DNA of 64,000 nucleotides from assembly GCA_016192455.1 (NCBI GenBank), contig JACPUC010000011.1:124001-188000 (forward strand), read 5' to 3'. The stretch is from Candidatus Tectimicrobiota bacterium. GTDB taxonomy: Bacteria > JACPUC01. The position numbers and the translations under genes are program-made. Below, one piece after another: positions 9,725 through 19,405 of the stretch. How positions within the stretch are numbered: position 1 is the first letter of the stretch; each line of letters begins with the position of its first letter. The notes under the pieces are model-generated. The model did not search any database. It saw only the letters and a program-made list of their open reading frames with translations, and was not told the DNA's origin.

Positions 9725-11461
9725 GTGGCCGCCGAAGTCGATCCCATCACCCTGCAGGTGCTCATCCGCGGCCTGCAATCGATCGCCGACGAGATGGTGG
9801 CGGCGCTGGTGCGCACCGCCTACTCGACGAACATCAAGGACCGGCGCGATTGCTCGGCGGCGCTCTACAGCCTGGACGGCGAGGTGGTGACGCAGTGCGA
9901 GCTCGGCACGCCGCTGCACCTCGGCACCATGTCGCCGACCGTGCGGACCGCCCTGCAAGCCTACCCCGCGTCGTCGCTGCGGGCGGGCGACGCGGTCATC
10001 CTCAACACGCCCTACCCCGCCGGGCCCGGGCACCTGAACGACATCGGCATGCTCTCCCCCGTGCTCTGGGAGGGCGAGGTGGTGGCGCTGGTGGCGAACA
10101 CGGCGCACCACGTCGATGTGGGAGGATTCGCCCCCGGCAGCATGCCGTTCGGGGTGACGGAAATCTACCAGGAGGGGCTGCAGATTCCCCCCGTGCGCCT
10201 CTTCAAGGAAGGCCGGCTCGATGACGAACTGTTCCGCCTGATCAGCCAGAACGTGCGCACCGACAAGGAGTTCCGCGGTGACATCCTGGCCCAGGCGGGG
10301 GCCAACCACGTCGGCGTGAAGCGCCTCGGCCACCTCCTCGAGCGCTACGGCCCGGAGCTTTTGCGGCGCTACTTCAACGCCATTCAGGACCACGCCGAGC
10401 GCCGCATGCGCGCCGGCATCGCCGCCCTGCCGGACGGCCGCTACGAGTTCGAGGACGTTATCGAAGGCGACAGCCTCAGCGACCGCCTCATCACCCTGCG
10501 CGTGGCCGTGATCATCGAGGGAGAGCGGCTGAGCGTCGATTTCAGCGGCACGGACGCGCAGGTCGCCGGCCCCATCAACTGCTTCCCGCCCAGCGTCTTC
10601 GCTTGCGTGGCGTACGCCATGAAGCTCCTCATCGATCCGGAGCTGCCGCCCTGCGCCGGCACCTACCGGCCCCTCGAGGTGGTGGCGCCGCCGGGCTCGC
10701 TCCTCAACGCCCGCTACCCGGCCGCAGTCTGCAACGCCAACATCATCACCACCCAGCGCCTCGTCGACATCATGCTCGGCGCCATGGCGCAGGCCGTGCC
10801 GGAGCGCGTCTCCGCCGCCTGCACCGGCAGCATGAACCTCCTCACCATCGGCGGCAGCGATGGCTTTGGCGAGCGCTTCAACTATATTGAGACGTACGGC
10901 GGCGGCCAGGGGGCGTTCCGCGACAAGGACGGCATGTCAGGGGTGCACACGCACATGACGAACACGCGCAACGCCTCCGTCGAGTCCATCGAGCAGGCCT
11001 ACCCGCTGCTGGTGGAGCGCTACGGGCTGGTGCCCGGCTCCGGCGGGCCGGGTCGCCAGCGCGGCGGCCTTGGCATGGTGCGGGCCTTGCGCCTGCTCGG
11101 CAAGGAGGCCACGGTGACCGTGAGCATGGACCGCCTGCGGCGCCAGCCCTGGGGCCTGGACGGGGGCGGCGGCGGCCGCTGCGGCTCGGCGCGCCTGGTG
11201 AAGGCCGACGGCTCCAGCCACGACCTGCCGAGCAAGGTGACCCTGAAGATCAACGAGGGGGACTGTATGATCATCACCACGGCGGGGGGCGGCGGCTGGG
11301 GAGACCCGCGCCGGCGCCCGGCCTCGGCCGTGGCGATGGATGTGGCACTGGGCCTGGTGAGCGCGCAACAGGCCCGCGAGCAGTATGGGCTCGAGGCGGC
11401 GCAGGCAGCCCCTGCGCGGAGAGAGGCCGATGGACCATCCCATGGAACGTTCGCGGAGTGA
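9725..11461 (+). CDS. hyuB: Hydantoinase B / oxoprolinase family, catalytic subunit
   Basis: DPITLQV, RTAYSTNIKDRRDCSAALY, GHLND, HHVDVGG, EIYQEGLQIPP, ETYGGGQGA, HTHMTNTRN, GGGGWGDP. Confidence 0.93.
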   Translation: MAAEVDPITLQVLIRGLQSIADEMVAALVRTAYSTNIKDRRDCSAALYSLDGEVVTQCELGTPLHLGTMSPTVRTALQAYPASSLRAGDAVILNTPYPAGPGHLNDIGMLSPVLWEGEVVALVANTAHHVDVGGFAPGSMPFGVTEIYQEGLQIPPVRLFKEGRLDDELFRLISQNVRTDKEFRGDILAQAGANHVGVKRLGHLLERYGPELLRRYFNAIQDHAERRMRAGIAALPDGRYEFEDVIEGDSLSDRLITLRVAVIIEGERLSVDFSGTDAQVAGPINCFPPSVFACVAYAMKLLIDPELPPCAGTYRPLEVVAPPGSLLNARYPAAVCNANIITTQRLVDIMLGAMAQAVPERVSAACTGSMNLLTIGGSDGFGERFNYIETYGGGQGAFRDKDGMSGVHTHMTNTRNASVESIEQAYPLLVERYGLVPGSGGPGRQRGGLGMVRALRLLGKEATVTVSMDRLRRQPWGLDGGGGGRCGSARLVKADGSSHDLPSKVTLKINEGDCMIITTAGGGGWGDPRRRPASAVAMDVALGLVSAQQAREQYGLEAAQAAPARREADGPSHGTFAE

Positions 11462-12995
11462 GCGGGCGCGCGGCGTCGCCGTTGCCGGCTCGCGGCAGCC
11501 CGTCCCATCCCAGGCGTACGACTACATCGTCATCGGCGCCGGCATCTATGGCCTGCCGCTCGCGTACTTCCTGCGCCGGCTCCTCCCCGGCAGCCGCGTC
11601 CTCGTCCTGGAGGACAACACCATCCCCGGGGAGTGCATCACCGTAAACACCGGCGGCATCATTCGGGCCTGCTACTCGAACGTCGACGTCATGAGCGTCT
11701 CGGCCTTCGGGCGCCCGTACTTCGCCGACCCCACCGCCGTGATGGAGCTGCGCAGCCACGTCCATACCGGCTTCGTGCCAGCCGGCTGGGTGCGCATGGT
11801 GAACGAGCGCGAGACGCCGGGCATCGTGGCGGAGATCGAGCGCCTCGCCGCGGCGGCGCGCGAGCGGAACATCCCCGGAGTCTGGACGAGCCCCCTGGCG
11901 GACTACTGCGCCACCCTCTCTCCGCAGCGGCTGGCGAACCTCCGCAAGGTGGTCGATCTGGACGACGTCAGCCACGTCCTCGTCGATGACAACGGCGGCT
12001 ACGCCGACGGCGGCACGAGCCTGGTGGCGTTCCTCGAGGCCTGCCTCGACCACGGCGTCGACGTGGCGACCTTCTGCCGCGTCGATGGCTTCCTGCGCGA
12101 CGGCGAGGCGGTGCGCGGCGTGCACTTCCAGCGCTGGCGCCCGGAGGCCGACGGCAGCGGCGGCGAGCGGCGCGTGGCGGTGGGCGAGGGCGAGGTGAGC
12201 GGGCGGACGGTGATCGTCGCCGCCGGCCTCGGCAGCCGCCGTCTCATCGAGCGCACCTGCGGCCTGCGCCTGGCCACCTTCCCCACCTACCACCAGACGC
12301 CGATGGTCGAGAACGCCGCGGATGTGAACTTCACCCCGACGACCTACCGGCGCAGCGAACCGGACCCCGACAGCGGCGTCCTGCGGCAGCGCCAGATCGT
12401 CGTCGCCGACCTGCCGGTGATCTCGCATTGGCGCGACCTCTACTTCCACTCCGAGGGGAGCGGCCTCACCGTGGGGGCGCACCATCGCCAGCTTCACGAC
12501 GAGACCTACACACCCCTGGGCGGCAAGCTGGTGCTCGACGATACGGCCATCGAAGTCGGCTTGGACCAGATCCTGGTCGACAAGATCATGGCCAACCTCG
12601 ACTACTTCCCGGTCCTGAGCACCAGCGGCCTGCGCCTTGGCAAGCGCCCCAAGGACATCCCCGGCGGCTTCTACATCATGAACCCCGAGGAGCTCCCGTT
12701 CGAGGGGCCGGTGCCAGGGACCGCCGAGACCCTCTTCTACGTCGGCAGCGGCAGCGGCACCGGCTTCAAGCTCGGCCCGGGCGTCTCCTACCTTCTGGCG
12801 CAGCGGCTGGCGGGAGTGGCGCGCGAGCGGCGCATCATCGCCAGCTCGGTGTTGAGCAGCGAGCGGGCGCAGTACTTCTACCCCGGCGAGACGCTCGAGG
12901 CCGACTTGCGCGCCCTCTTCGACCCGAAGCTGGGGCGCTTCCGGCACATCGGCGCCAGCGGCGTGGGGTTGCGCAAACAGCCGCCACAGGGCTAG
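11430..12995 (+). CDS. FAD-dependent oxidoreductase, DAO/sarcosine oxidase-like
   Basis: YDYIVIGAGIYG Rossmann motif, TVNTGGIIR, VIVAAG, C-terminal GSGTGFKLGPG (compare GHGFK); overlaps hyuB 3' end; exact start uncertain. Confidence 0.8.
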   Translation: MDHPMERSRSERARGVAVAGSRQPVPSQAYDYIVIGAGIYGLPLAYFLRRLLPGSRVLVLEDNTIPGECITVNTGGIIRACYSNVDVMSVSAFGRPYFADPTAVMELRSHVHTGFVPAGWVRMVNERETPGIVAEIERLAAAARERNIPGVWTSPLADYCATLSPQRLANLRKVVDLDDVSHVLVDDNGGYADGGTSLVAFLEACLDHGVDVATFCRVDGFLRDGEAVRGVHFQRWRPEADGSGGERRVAVGEGEVSGRTVIVAAGLGSRRLIERTCGLRLATFPTYHQTPMVENAADVNFTPTTYRRSEPDPDSGVLRQRQIVVADLPVISHWRDLYFHSEGSGLTVGAHHRQLHDETYTPLGGKLVLDDTAIEVGLDQILVDKIMANLDYFPVLSTSGLRLGKRPKDIPGGFYIMNPEELPFEGPVPGTAETLFYVGSGSGTGFKLGPGVSYLLAQRLAGVARERRIIASSVLSSERAQYFYPGETLEADLRALFDPKLGRFRHIGASGVGLRKQPPQG

Positions 12996-13159
12996 GATCG
13001 TGCCCCCGGAGTTCCAGCGCCTCATTCTGAGAGCGGATCTTGTCTCCTCGCGCAGCTCGCGGGGAGGAGGGGTAGGGGAGAGCATGGGTTCCTCACAAGC
13101 CTTGCCAATGCAGCGAGCAACGCCGCAATGATGGGAGCGAACTTCTGAGACGCAACATT

Positions 13160-13184
13160 GGGGCGGGGCAAGCCCCGCCCCCTA
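13160..13184. repeat. REP-like palindrome (GTAG/CTAC type)
   Basis: GGGGCGGGGCAAGCCCCGCCCCTAC, same core as the copy at 9508-9531. Confidence 0.8.
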
Positions 13185-13461
13185 CGGCTCTCACATTCCG
13201 TCTGCTGTGACCCGCACGGTGGCAACCCTGCAAAGTCTTGAAATCAACCACTTCGACGCTTATGTTCGAGGTAGGAGCCGAACGGCGGTGGTGGGAACGG
13301 CCGCCGGCTCCGAATGTCAAACTATTCACCACAAAAGGGCAAGGCCGCTCCTTGGTCCGGCCCCGGGGGAGGGGCAGTGCGGGTGAGCGGCGCGATGGGG
13401 AACCTTGAACGGCGTGTGCCTGCCAGTCTTGCGCAGAGGCAGCGGGATGGAGTGTGAAGCA

Positions 13462-14082
13462 ATGAACGCGGTGCGAGTGACATTCGTGGCAGTGCTGGGC
13501 GTGGTGGTGCTCCTGAGTGGATGCACCTCGACGCAGACCGGCACGGGGGTTGGCGCGGGAATCGGCTCGGTGGTGGGAGGCCTGGCCGGCCAGGCGATCG
13601 GACGCAACACCGCGAGCACCCTGATCGGCGCCGGCGCCGGCGCCCTGGGCGGGGCCATCGTCGGCGGAGCCGTCGGCCAGGGGAAAGACCAAGCGGCCAC
13701 CGAGGAGCGGCTGCAGCGCGCTGAAAGCCAGGCGTATCGGTCGCAGGCGCAGCCGCAGGGTTCCCCCCAGGGCGGCTCCATCACCTCCGCCAGCAGCTAC
13801 CAGGGAGACCCAACCGGCGGCCAGCTCGTCAACGGGACGAACTGGGTGATCCACGTCTATATCGACCGCGAGCCGGCGGGTGGAACGCCGCCGACGGCAA
13901 CCATGAACCCCGGCGACGTGCGGCCCTTGAACCTCGATGTGGGGCAGCATCGGATCGCGGCGGCGGCCTACGTGCAGACGCAGTTCGGCCAGCGGCAGGT
14001 CGGCCGCTACGACCAGATTCTCAACGTTGATCCGCGCGGCGGCGGCTTCAAGGTGCAGTTCTCGACAGCTTCCTTCCAATAA
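13462..14082 (+). CDS. Glycine-zipper lipoprotein
   Basis: Lipobox VLLSG-C followed by GAGIGSVVGGLAG...GAGAGALGGAIVGG glycine zipper and a small beta-rich C-terminal domain. Confidence 0.85.
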   Translation: MNAVRVTFVAVLGVVVLLSGCTSTQTGTGVGAGIGSVVGGLAGQAIGRNTASTLIGAGAGALGGAIVGGAVGQGKDQAATEERLQRAESQAYRSQAQPQGSPQGGSITSASSYQGDPTGGQLVNGTNWVIHVYIDREPAGGTPPTATMNPGDVRPLNLDVGQHRIAAAAYVQTQFGQRQVGRYDQILNVDPRGGGFKVQFSTASFQ

Positions 14083-14207
14083 GCCGAATGGTGCTCCTCC
14101 GCTGTCCCAGGATTGAGTTGGAGAGGCGTCTGCCGGGTTGAGGGGTGCAACGCGGCGTCGGTGCGCGCGCAGTCGCGTCCCCTTCCGCTGCAGGCGCAGC
14201 GGCAAAT

Positions 14208-14228
14208 GGGGGGATCGTTGATCCCCCC
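14208..14228. repeat. Dispersed palindrome GGGGGATC-RTT-GATCCCCC
   Basis: Perfect hairpin GGGGGGATC-GTT-GATCCCCCC; related copies at 44914-44931 and 59460-59482. Confidence 0.75.
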
Positions 14229-14346
14229 ACGCAAGTTGCCGCCTCCCCCTCTCCCTTGCGGGCGGGAGGAGATGGGGGATGCAAGGCGCGGCCGGGACGG
14301 CGGCGCCGCGGCGATGCCTGGCGGCAAACAGGCACCCTCTTAAACG

Positions 14347-14747
14347 GTCAAACGCAACCTCTCGCGGTTCCCAGAAGATTTCATTTTCAGCTCAACAACG
14401 AGGGGCAGGCGTTTTTGAGGTCACAATTTGTGACCTCAAAACCCAAGGGCCGCGGTGGACGCCGGACGCCGCCCTACGCCTTCACCGAGCAAGGCGTCGC
14501 CATGCTCTCGAGCGTGCTGCGCGCTCAGCGGGCCGTCCAGGTCAACATCCAGATCATGCGCACCTTCGTCAAGCTGCGCCGAATGCTGGCGACCCACGAG
14601 GACCTCTCCGACAAGTTGGCCGCCCTGGAGCGCAAGTACGACCGGCAGTTCAAGGTCGTATTTGACGCCATCCAGGAGCTGATGATCCCACGCGAGCAGC
14701 AGTCGAAGCACAGGATCGGGTTTGGGGCTGAAGGTCGGAAGCGATAG
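14347..14747 (+). pseudogene. ORF6N (KilA-N-like) domain gene, 5'-truncated and frameshifted
   Basis: VKRNLSRFPEDF in one frame (preceded by in-frame TAA at 14341), continuing in another frame at ~14385 as FQL...LRSQFVTSK..GRGGRR..PYAFTEQGVAMLSSVL...HRIGF. Confidence 0.8.
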
Positions 14748-14996
14748 GGGTAATGGCAACAGCATGAGTGGACAACCCAGGGATTCGCGCCAGGATGATT
14801 GAAACGGCGGCTGGGCGCCATGCTCCTCACACATGGCGCATCGCCCAGGCCGGCTTCGGGCGCTTGGCGCATCGGGGGGCCAAGGGCCCCTGGCGGTCCT
14901 TCGGGTTGGCGCAATAAAACGCCCCAGGGCTTGCGCGGCGCCAGAGAGTGCATTACATTGTCATTCAGGAGCAGAGGGTGGAAAGGAGAAACCAGT

Positions 14997-15263
14997 ATGG
15001 CTGCCAATGCGCTTGTGCAAGCCCGCATTGATGGTGAGGTGAAGGAAGAAGCGGCCGCGGTGCTGGCCGCCATGGGTCTTACCGTGTCGGACGTGGTGCG
15101 CCTGCTGCTGACCAGAGTGGCCCGGGAAAAGAAGCTCCCCTTCGAGCCGCTGGTTCCGAACCCCACCACCATCAAGGCGATGAAGGAGGCCCGCGCTGGT
15201 CGGCGCCTGGCCCGGTTCAAGAGCGTGGATGCGCTCATGGCCGACCTGCATGCGGACGATTGA
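14997..15263 (+). CDS. dinJ: Type II antitoxin RelB/DinJ
   Basis: VQARIDGEVKEEAAAVLAAMGLTVSDVVRLLLTRVAREKKLPFEPLVPN; AAGGAG RBS; imperfect inverted repeat TGCATTACA-T-TGTCATTCA at 14949-14967 upstream. Confidence 0.92.
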   Translation: MAANALVQARIDGEVKEEAAAVLAAMGLTVSDVVRLLLTRVAREKKLPFEPLVPNPTTIKAMKEARAGRRLARFKSVDALMADLHADD

Positions 15264-15531
15264 GCGCACCAGCCAGTTCAAGCGCGACTATAAGCGCGAA
15301 GCCAAGGGTCGGCATCGGGAAACGCTCGATGCCGCCCTGCGGGCCGTTCTGGAGGCTCTGGCGAACGACCAAACGCTGAAACCGCGCCACCGTGACCATG
15401 CGCTGACGGGAACCTGGAAAGACCTGAGGGACTGTCACATCACGCCGGATTTGGTGCTCATCTACCGCAAGCCGGACCCAGAGACGTTGCAGCTTGTCCG
15501 CCTTGGCTCACATGCGGAACTTGGTCTTTAA
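15250..15531 (+). CDS. yafQ: Type II toxin YafQ (RelE superfamily mRNA interferase)
   Basis: MRTIERTSQFKRDYKR...RDHALTGTWKDLRDCHITPDLVLIY...LVRLGSHAEL; overlaps dinJ. Confidence 0.92.
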   Translation: MRTIERTSQFKRDYKREAKGRHRETLDAALRAVLEALANDQTLKPRHRDHALTGTWKDLRDCHITPDLVLIYRKPDPETLQLVRLGSHAELGL

Positions 15532-15543
15532 GGGAAGTGAGCC

Positions 15544-15850
15544 ATGGCGACGCGCCGGCGCGATACGCTGAAGAACATGGATGCGGCGCGCCGGGACAAG
15601 ATCGAGGCGCGAGCCGCCGATCTGATGGCGGCGGGGATGTCTCTGGGTGGTTTGCGGTGCGCCCACCAACCAACGCAGCAACGCATGGCCGAACTTCTTG
15701 GCGTCGGACGGGAGGGCGGTCCGCGCCTGGAGAAGCGAAGCGATCCGTTGATGTCACAACCTTGCGCGGCTACATTGAGGCCATGGGAGGGTGCTTAGGC
15801 ATTGTTGCTGAGTTCGCGGATCGTTCCCCGTGGTTCACAGCAATTTCACG
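15544..15850 (+). pseudogene. XRE/HigA-like antitoxin, frameshifted
   Basis: ARRDKIEARAADLMA..MSL..LR....TQQRMAELLGV....RLEKRSD then shifts frame near 15757 into TLRGYIEAMGG.L.IVAEFADR; no cognate toxin seen; 3' end approximate. Confidence 0.7.
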
Positions 15851-16485
15851 GAACATGATTTCCGGGACGTTTCCGATGATGTTCGCCGCAGACCTCCGAG
15901 TCTCGGTAGAGTAATCACGTAAAAGACCTATGGCGGATCGTGGCGGCGGCTGTTGCTGCGATCAAGTTGGTGTTGAAGACGCTTCAAACTTCTTGAGCAA
16001 GTCAGACTTGATCAAGAATCATCCTCCTCCATGCGGCGGCTGAACCTCTAGCCTCAATCTTCTCAACGGTTTCCATCATCCGCCAGCGCGGCCGCCGATG
16101 CGCGGGGTCGGGGCCTCGGCATCCCCCATGCCAGGCAAAAAGAAGGGGAGCCGTTGGTCTCCTCTCGTCTCCCATTCGCCGCGAGCTGCGCAGGGCCCGG
16201 CAGGATGGAGTGCGGCCATCGCCGGAGAAACAGCGAACGGCGCTCCGCCGCGCAAGAGCTTCCCCGCAGCGCGGGACAGGATGCCCCATAGGCGTGTCAG
16301 ATTGTCCCGAACAAGGGGAAGTCGGTTGTTGCCAGGATATTCTAATTTCTCCTGGAGTTAGCCTGTATATTGTTTTTTCCCCCTGTGCGCGTTCGGCATG
16401 TCTGCCCCCATCTCCCTCCTGGGGAAGCGCCTGCCGCCCCAGCTAATGTATTGAGAACAAAAACGTTACACATCAGCTCCTAGTT

Positions 16486-16501
16486 TGGCGTGGCTCTTGC
16501 A
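16486..16501 (+). promoter_or_regulatory. Putative sigma54 (-24/-12) promoter
   Basis: TGGCGTGGCTCTTGCA = GG-N10-GC with TGGC...TTGCA consensus ends, preceded by an AT-rich tract. Confidence 0.6.
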
Positions 16502-16735
16502 CCGCGGGAGAGTAGCTGTTTCCCTGCCCGGCCTCGCGCCACCGGTGCCAGGCATGCCTCGCAGATATGAGGAAGCCGCGGCGGCGCGCCGGCCGGCGGC
16601 ATGGTTGGCGCCTTGCCGGCGGCTGGGCGGCGTTCACAGCAGGATTAGGACGCGCCTGCGTCTCTCTCGCTCCTTCACGACGGTGCCGCATCTTCCCAGT
16701 GCTACCACGACGCAGAATTGGAGGAGTCCCGCTTC

Positions 16736-17851
16736 ATGGCCACAATCAGCACCTTTGACGATTGGGTGGATCAGTTCAACGCCTGGATCAAGGACATCGG
16801 CTTCGATCGCTCGCTCATCGGCGACTACACGTTCAGCGAGAAGTTCGGCGACCTGGAATCGAGTGAGATCGAGTTTGGGGACTACGCGGGCCGCCCGAAG
16901 TGGGAGACGGTGCGGCAGATTCCCGATCAGCGCATCCGCGACGCCCTCATCAACCTGATCGTCTACCAGGGGGATACCGAGTTCGCCTCGGTGGAACAGC
17001 AACGCCGGCTTATCGACTGCGCTCCCAGCGAGTACGACCTGCGGAGCTACCTGCGCGTCACCGCGGAGGAGATGCGGCACGGCTGGCAGATGTGCCACCT
17101 GCTGGTGAACTACTTCGGCGACTCCGGCCGGCGCGAGGCGCTGAAGCTGCTGGAGCGCCGCGCTTACCAGAACTCGCGCCTGCTCGGCGCCTTCAACCTG
17201 AATGTGGAGCACTGGGTCGATTTCTACACCTACACCCAGTTCCAGGACCGCGACGGCAAGTACCAGCTCATCATGCTCAGCCGCTCCAGCTTCGCGCCGT
17301 TGGCCCACAGCATGGGTCCGATGCTGCAGGAAGAGGTGTTCCACCTGTTCACCGGAAACACCGGGCTGACGCGCATCCTGCGCGCCGGCAGGGTGCCGAG
17401 CGCCCTCCTGCAGAAGTATTTCAACAAGTGGTTGCCAGCCTGTTTTGACCTCTTCGGCACCGACCACTCCTCCTCCGCCAACTGGTCGTACGTCTGGGGC
17501 CTGAAAGGGCGCTTCGACGAAGCCACCGCCAAGGAGCCGGCCAACAAGCAGACGCTCAACGAGGACGCCCGCGGTCTCTACATCTCCGAGTGCCAGAACC
17601 TCATCGACGTTCTCAACCAGCACGTCCCCCACGGGCAGCCGCTGTTGCGCCTGCCGAGCCTCAAGTTCAACCGGCGCATCGGCGGGGACGCCAATCAGCC
17701 CTACAGCATCGACGGCAAGCTGCTTGACAGGGAGGAGTACGAGAAACACCTCGCCGAGGTGCTGCCGGGACCGGAAGCCCAGGCGCAACTGGAGGAGATC
17801 TTCAAGGATCCGGAGTGGATCGTGCCGGTGGAGGTGGCGCAGAGAGTGTAG
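16736..17851 (+). CDS. boxB: BoxB-like di-iron aryl-CoA epoxidase subunit (BoxB/PaaA ferritin-like family)
   Basis: QGDTEFASVEQQR, APSEYDLR, EEMRH, LLERR, LGAFN, DRDGKYQL, EEVFH, DLFG..SS: BoxB signature with two ExxH motifs; 371 aa, shorter than canonical BoxB; GGAGGAG RBS. Confidence 0.8.
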   Translation: MATISTFDDWVDQFNAWIKDIGFDRSLIGDYTFSEKFGDLESSEIEFGDYAGRPKWETVRQIPDQRIRDALINLIVYQGDTEFASVEQQRRLIDCAPSEYDLRSYLRVTAEEMRHGWQMCHLLVNYFGDSGRREALKLLERRAYQNSRLLGAFNLNVEHWVDFYTYTQFQDRDGKYQLIMLSRSSFAPLAHSMGPMLQEEVFHLFTGNTGLTRILRAGRVPSALLQKYFNKWLPACFDLFGTDHSSSANWSYVWGLKGRFDEATAKEPANKQTLNEDARGLYISECQNLIDVLNQHVPHGQPLLRLPSLKFNRRIGGDANQPYSIDGKLLDREEYEKHLAEVLPGPEAQAQLEEIFKDPEWIVPVEVAQRV

Positions 17852-18065
17852 GGGGACAGTGTCTGGCTGTGCCGTCTTATTCTGCCGCTATCAGGCGGAA
17901 GAATCCCTCGGAGGGGACCCTGTTTCCCTCGCCTGTCCGCGCGCGAGGCGCCGGCGGACGCCCCGCTTTGCGCGCCACGGCAGGGCGCTCGCGGTAAGGG
18001 GGATGAGAGGAATCCGTGATCCCCCTTTGCCGCCTCGGCAGCCTCCGCGGGGGCCGGCGGCTGCC

Positions 18066-18770
18066 CTAGCGCCGCCGCATGAACAGGAAGAGGATGCGCT
18101 GGAACAGGACAAGGAAGTCGATAAACAGCGCCATCGCGGCGGGGATCGCCTGCTCGGGCGAGTAGCGGCGCAGAATCATCTGCGTGTCGTAGAGCACGTA
18201 GCCGGAGATGAGCAGGATCCACAGCAGCGACAAGCCGGGATTGCCAGCGAAGCCGAAGAAGATGCCGAGCATGCTGAAGCCGAAGGCCACGATCAGCCCG
18301 GTGAAGAGCATGCTGCCCCAGAGCGTGAAATCGCGCCGCGTCGTGAAGGCATACACGGTCAAGCCGCCGAAGACCAGCACGGTCAGCGAGCCGGCGTGCC
18401 ACACCACCTCGTAGCCGCCGGTCTGCTGCGCGGCGAGGTAGATGAGCGGCGAGGTGACGATGCCGAAGAAGAGCGCGAAGGCGTAGAAGGCGATGATGTT
18501 GATCGTCGGCTTCAAGCTGAGGGCCTGCACCAGCCACACCGAGCCGAAGACGATGCCGATGTAGAGAAGCCAGTGCGTGTTCAGCAGGCCGAAGGCGAAG
18601 CGCATGACCGCGTCATTCGTGAGGGCTTCGTAGACCCCGAACCCCGCCACCAGGAGCGATCCCAGGAAGATGCTGTAAACGCGCCGCACGAACGCCAGCC
18701 GTTCTTCCGCCGCCGCATGGATGGTTGCCGTGCGCCCGGCCGTGCCGTGCATGACCTCCTCGTCCCACAT
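18066..18770 (-). CDS. Bax inhibitor-1 / YccA family membrane protein
   Basis: ERLAFVRRVY, ~7 hydrophobic segments, TTRRDFT, YVLYDTQMI, ALFIDFLVLFQRIL. Confidence 0.92.
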   Translation of the reverse strand: MWDEEVMHGTAGRTATIHAAAEERLAFVRRVYSIFLGSLLVAGFGVYEALTNDAVMRFAFGLLNTHWLLYIGIVFGSVWLVQALSLKPTINIIAFYAFALFFGIVTSPLIYLAAQQTGGYEVVWHAGSLTVLVFGGLTVYAFTTRRDFTLWGSMLFTGLIVAFGFSMLGIFFGFAGNPGLSLLWILLISGYVLYDTQMILRRYSPEQAIPAAMALFIDFLVLFQRILFLFMRRR

Positions 18771-19405
18771 ACGATCTCTCCCCCTGACTGGGCTCCCGAA
18801 CTGGGATCGCGCTACGCCGTGTGCGCGCTGTTGCCTCCGCGGCGCGGCCGCTGAGCTCGCGACTCATCCTGTTGATTAAGACCCGCGCCGGCCCAAGCAG
18901 TTCCCTCTCCTTCTCGTTGCCGACTCGGGGCCGGGTCGGCGCCGGGGCGCTCCCCTGCATCAGTAAGAATAACCTAAGAACGAGCTGCTCACCTGTCAAT
19001 CACGGCGGGGGATCAACCGCGCAAGGCTTGCCCCGCGGTTTGCGGAGCGCCGCCGCGGCCGTCGCCGCGCCTCGCGTGCCTGCCTGCCGGACTACTCTCT
19101 CCAGGCGAGCGCAGCGAACGGCTGTTGCGGGCCACCCCGTCCCCGGCGCCGGGGTTCACGGACGCAACGGTGGCGGCGCGGCTCACCTGCCTGGGGCGGC
19201 AGGTCCGCGGCGCCGGAACGGCGCGCGCCATGGAATCAGCGTGGACATGTGGCGCGGAAAAGATACAATAGACGGCATACCGCGGGTGTGAAATTTCCTG
19301 GCATGGTGCGCGAGCTTCTTCGCCGGTTGCTCATTCCTGGCGCGCGAGGACCCGAGGGCGCTCAGGGCAAGGGCGGCAGCGACGCGCACCGCAAGGAGGA
19401 GGCGT

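Noticed and set aside
16137-16170. Minus-strand terminator-like hairpin suggesting a divergent small RNA upstream of the boxB-like gene
   Set aside because: Imperfect stem and no convincing promoter or ORF feeding it.
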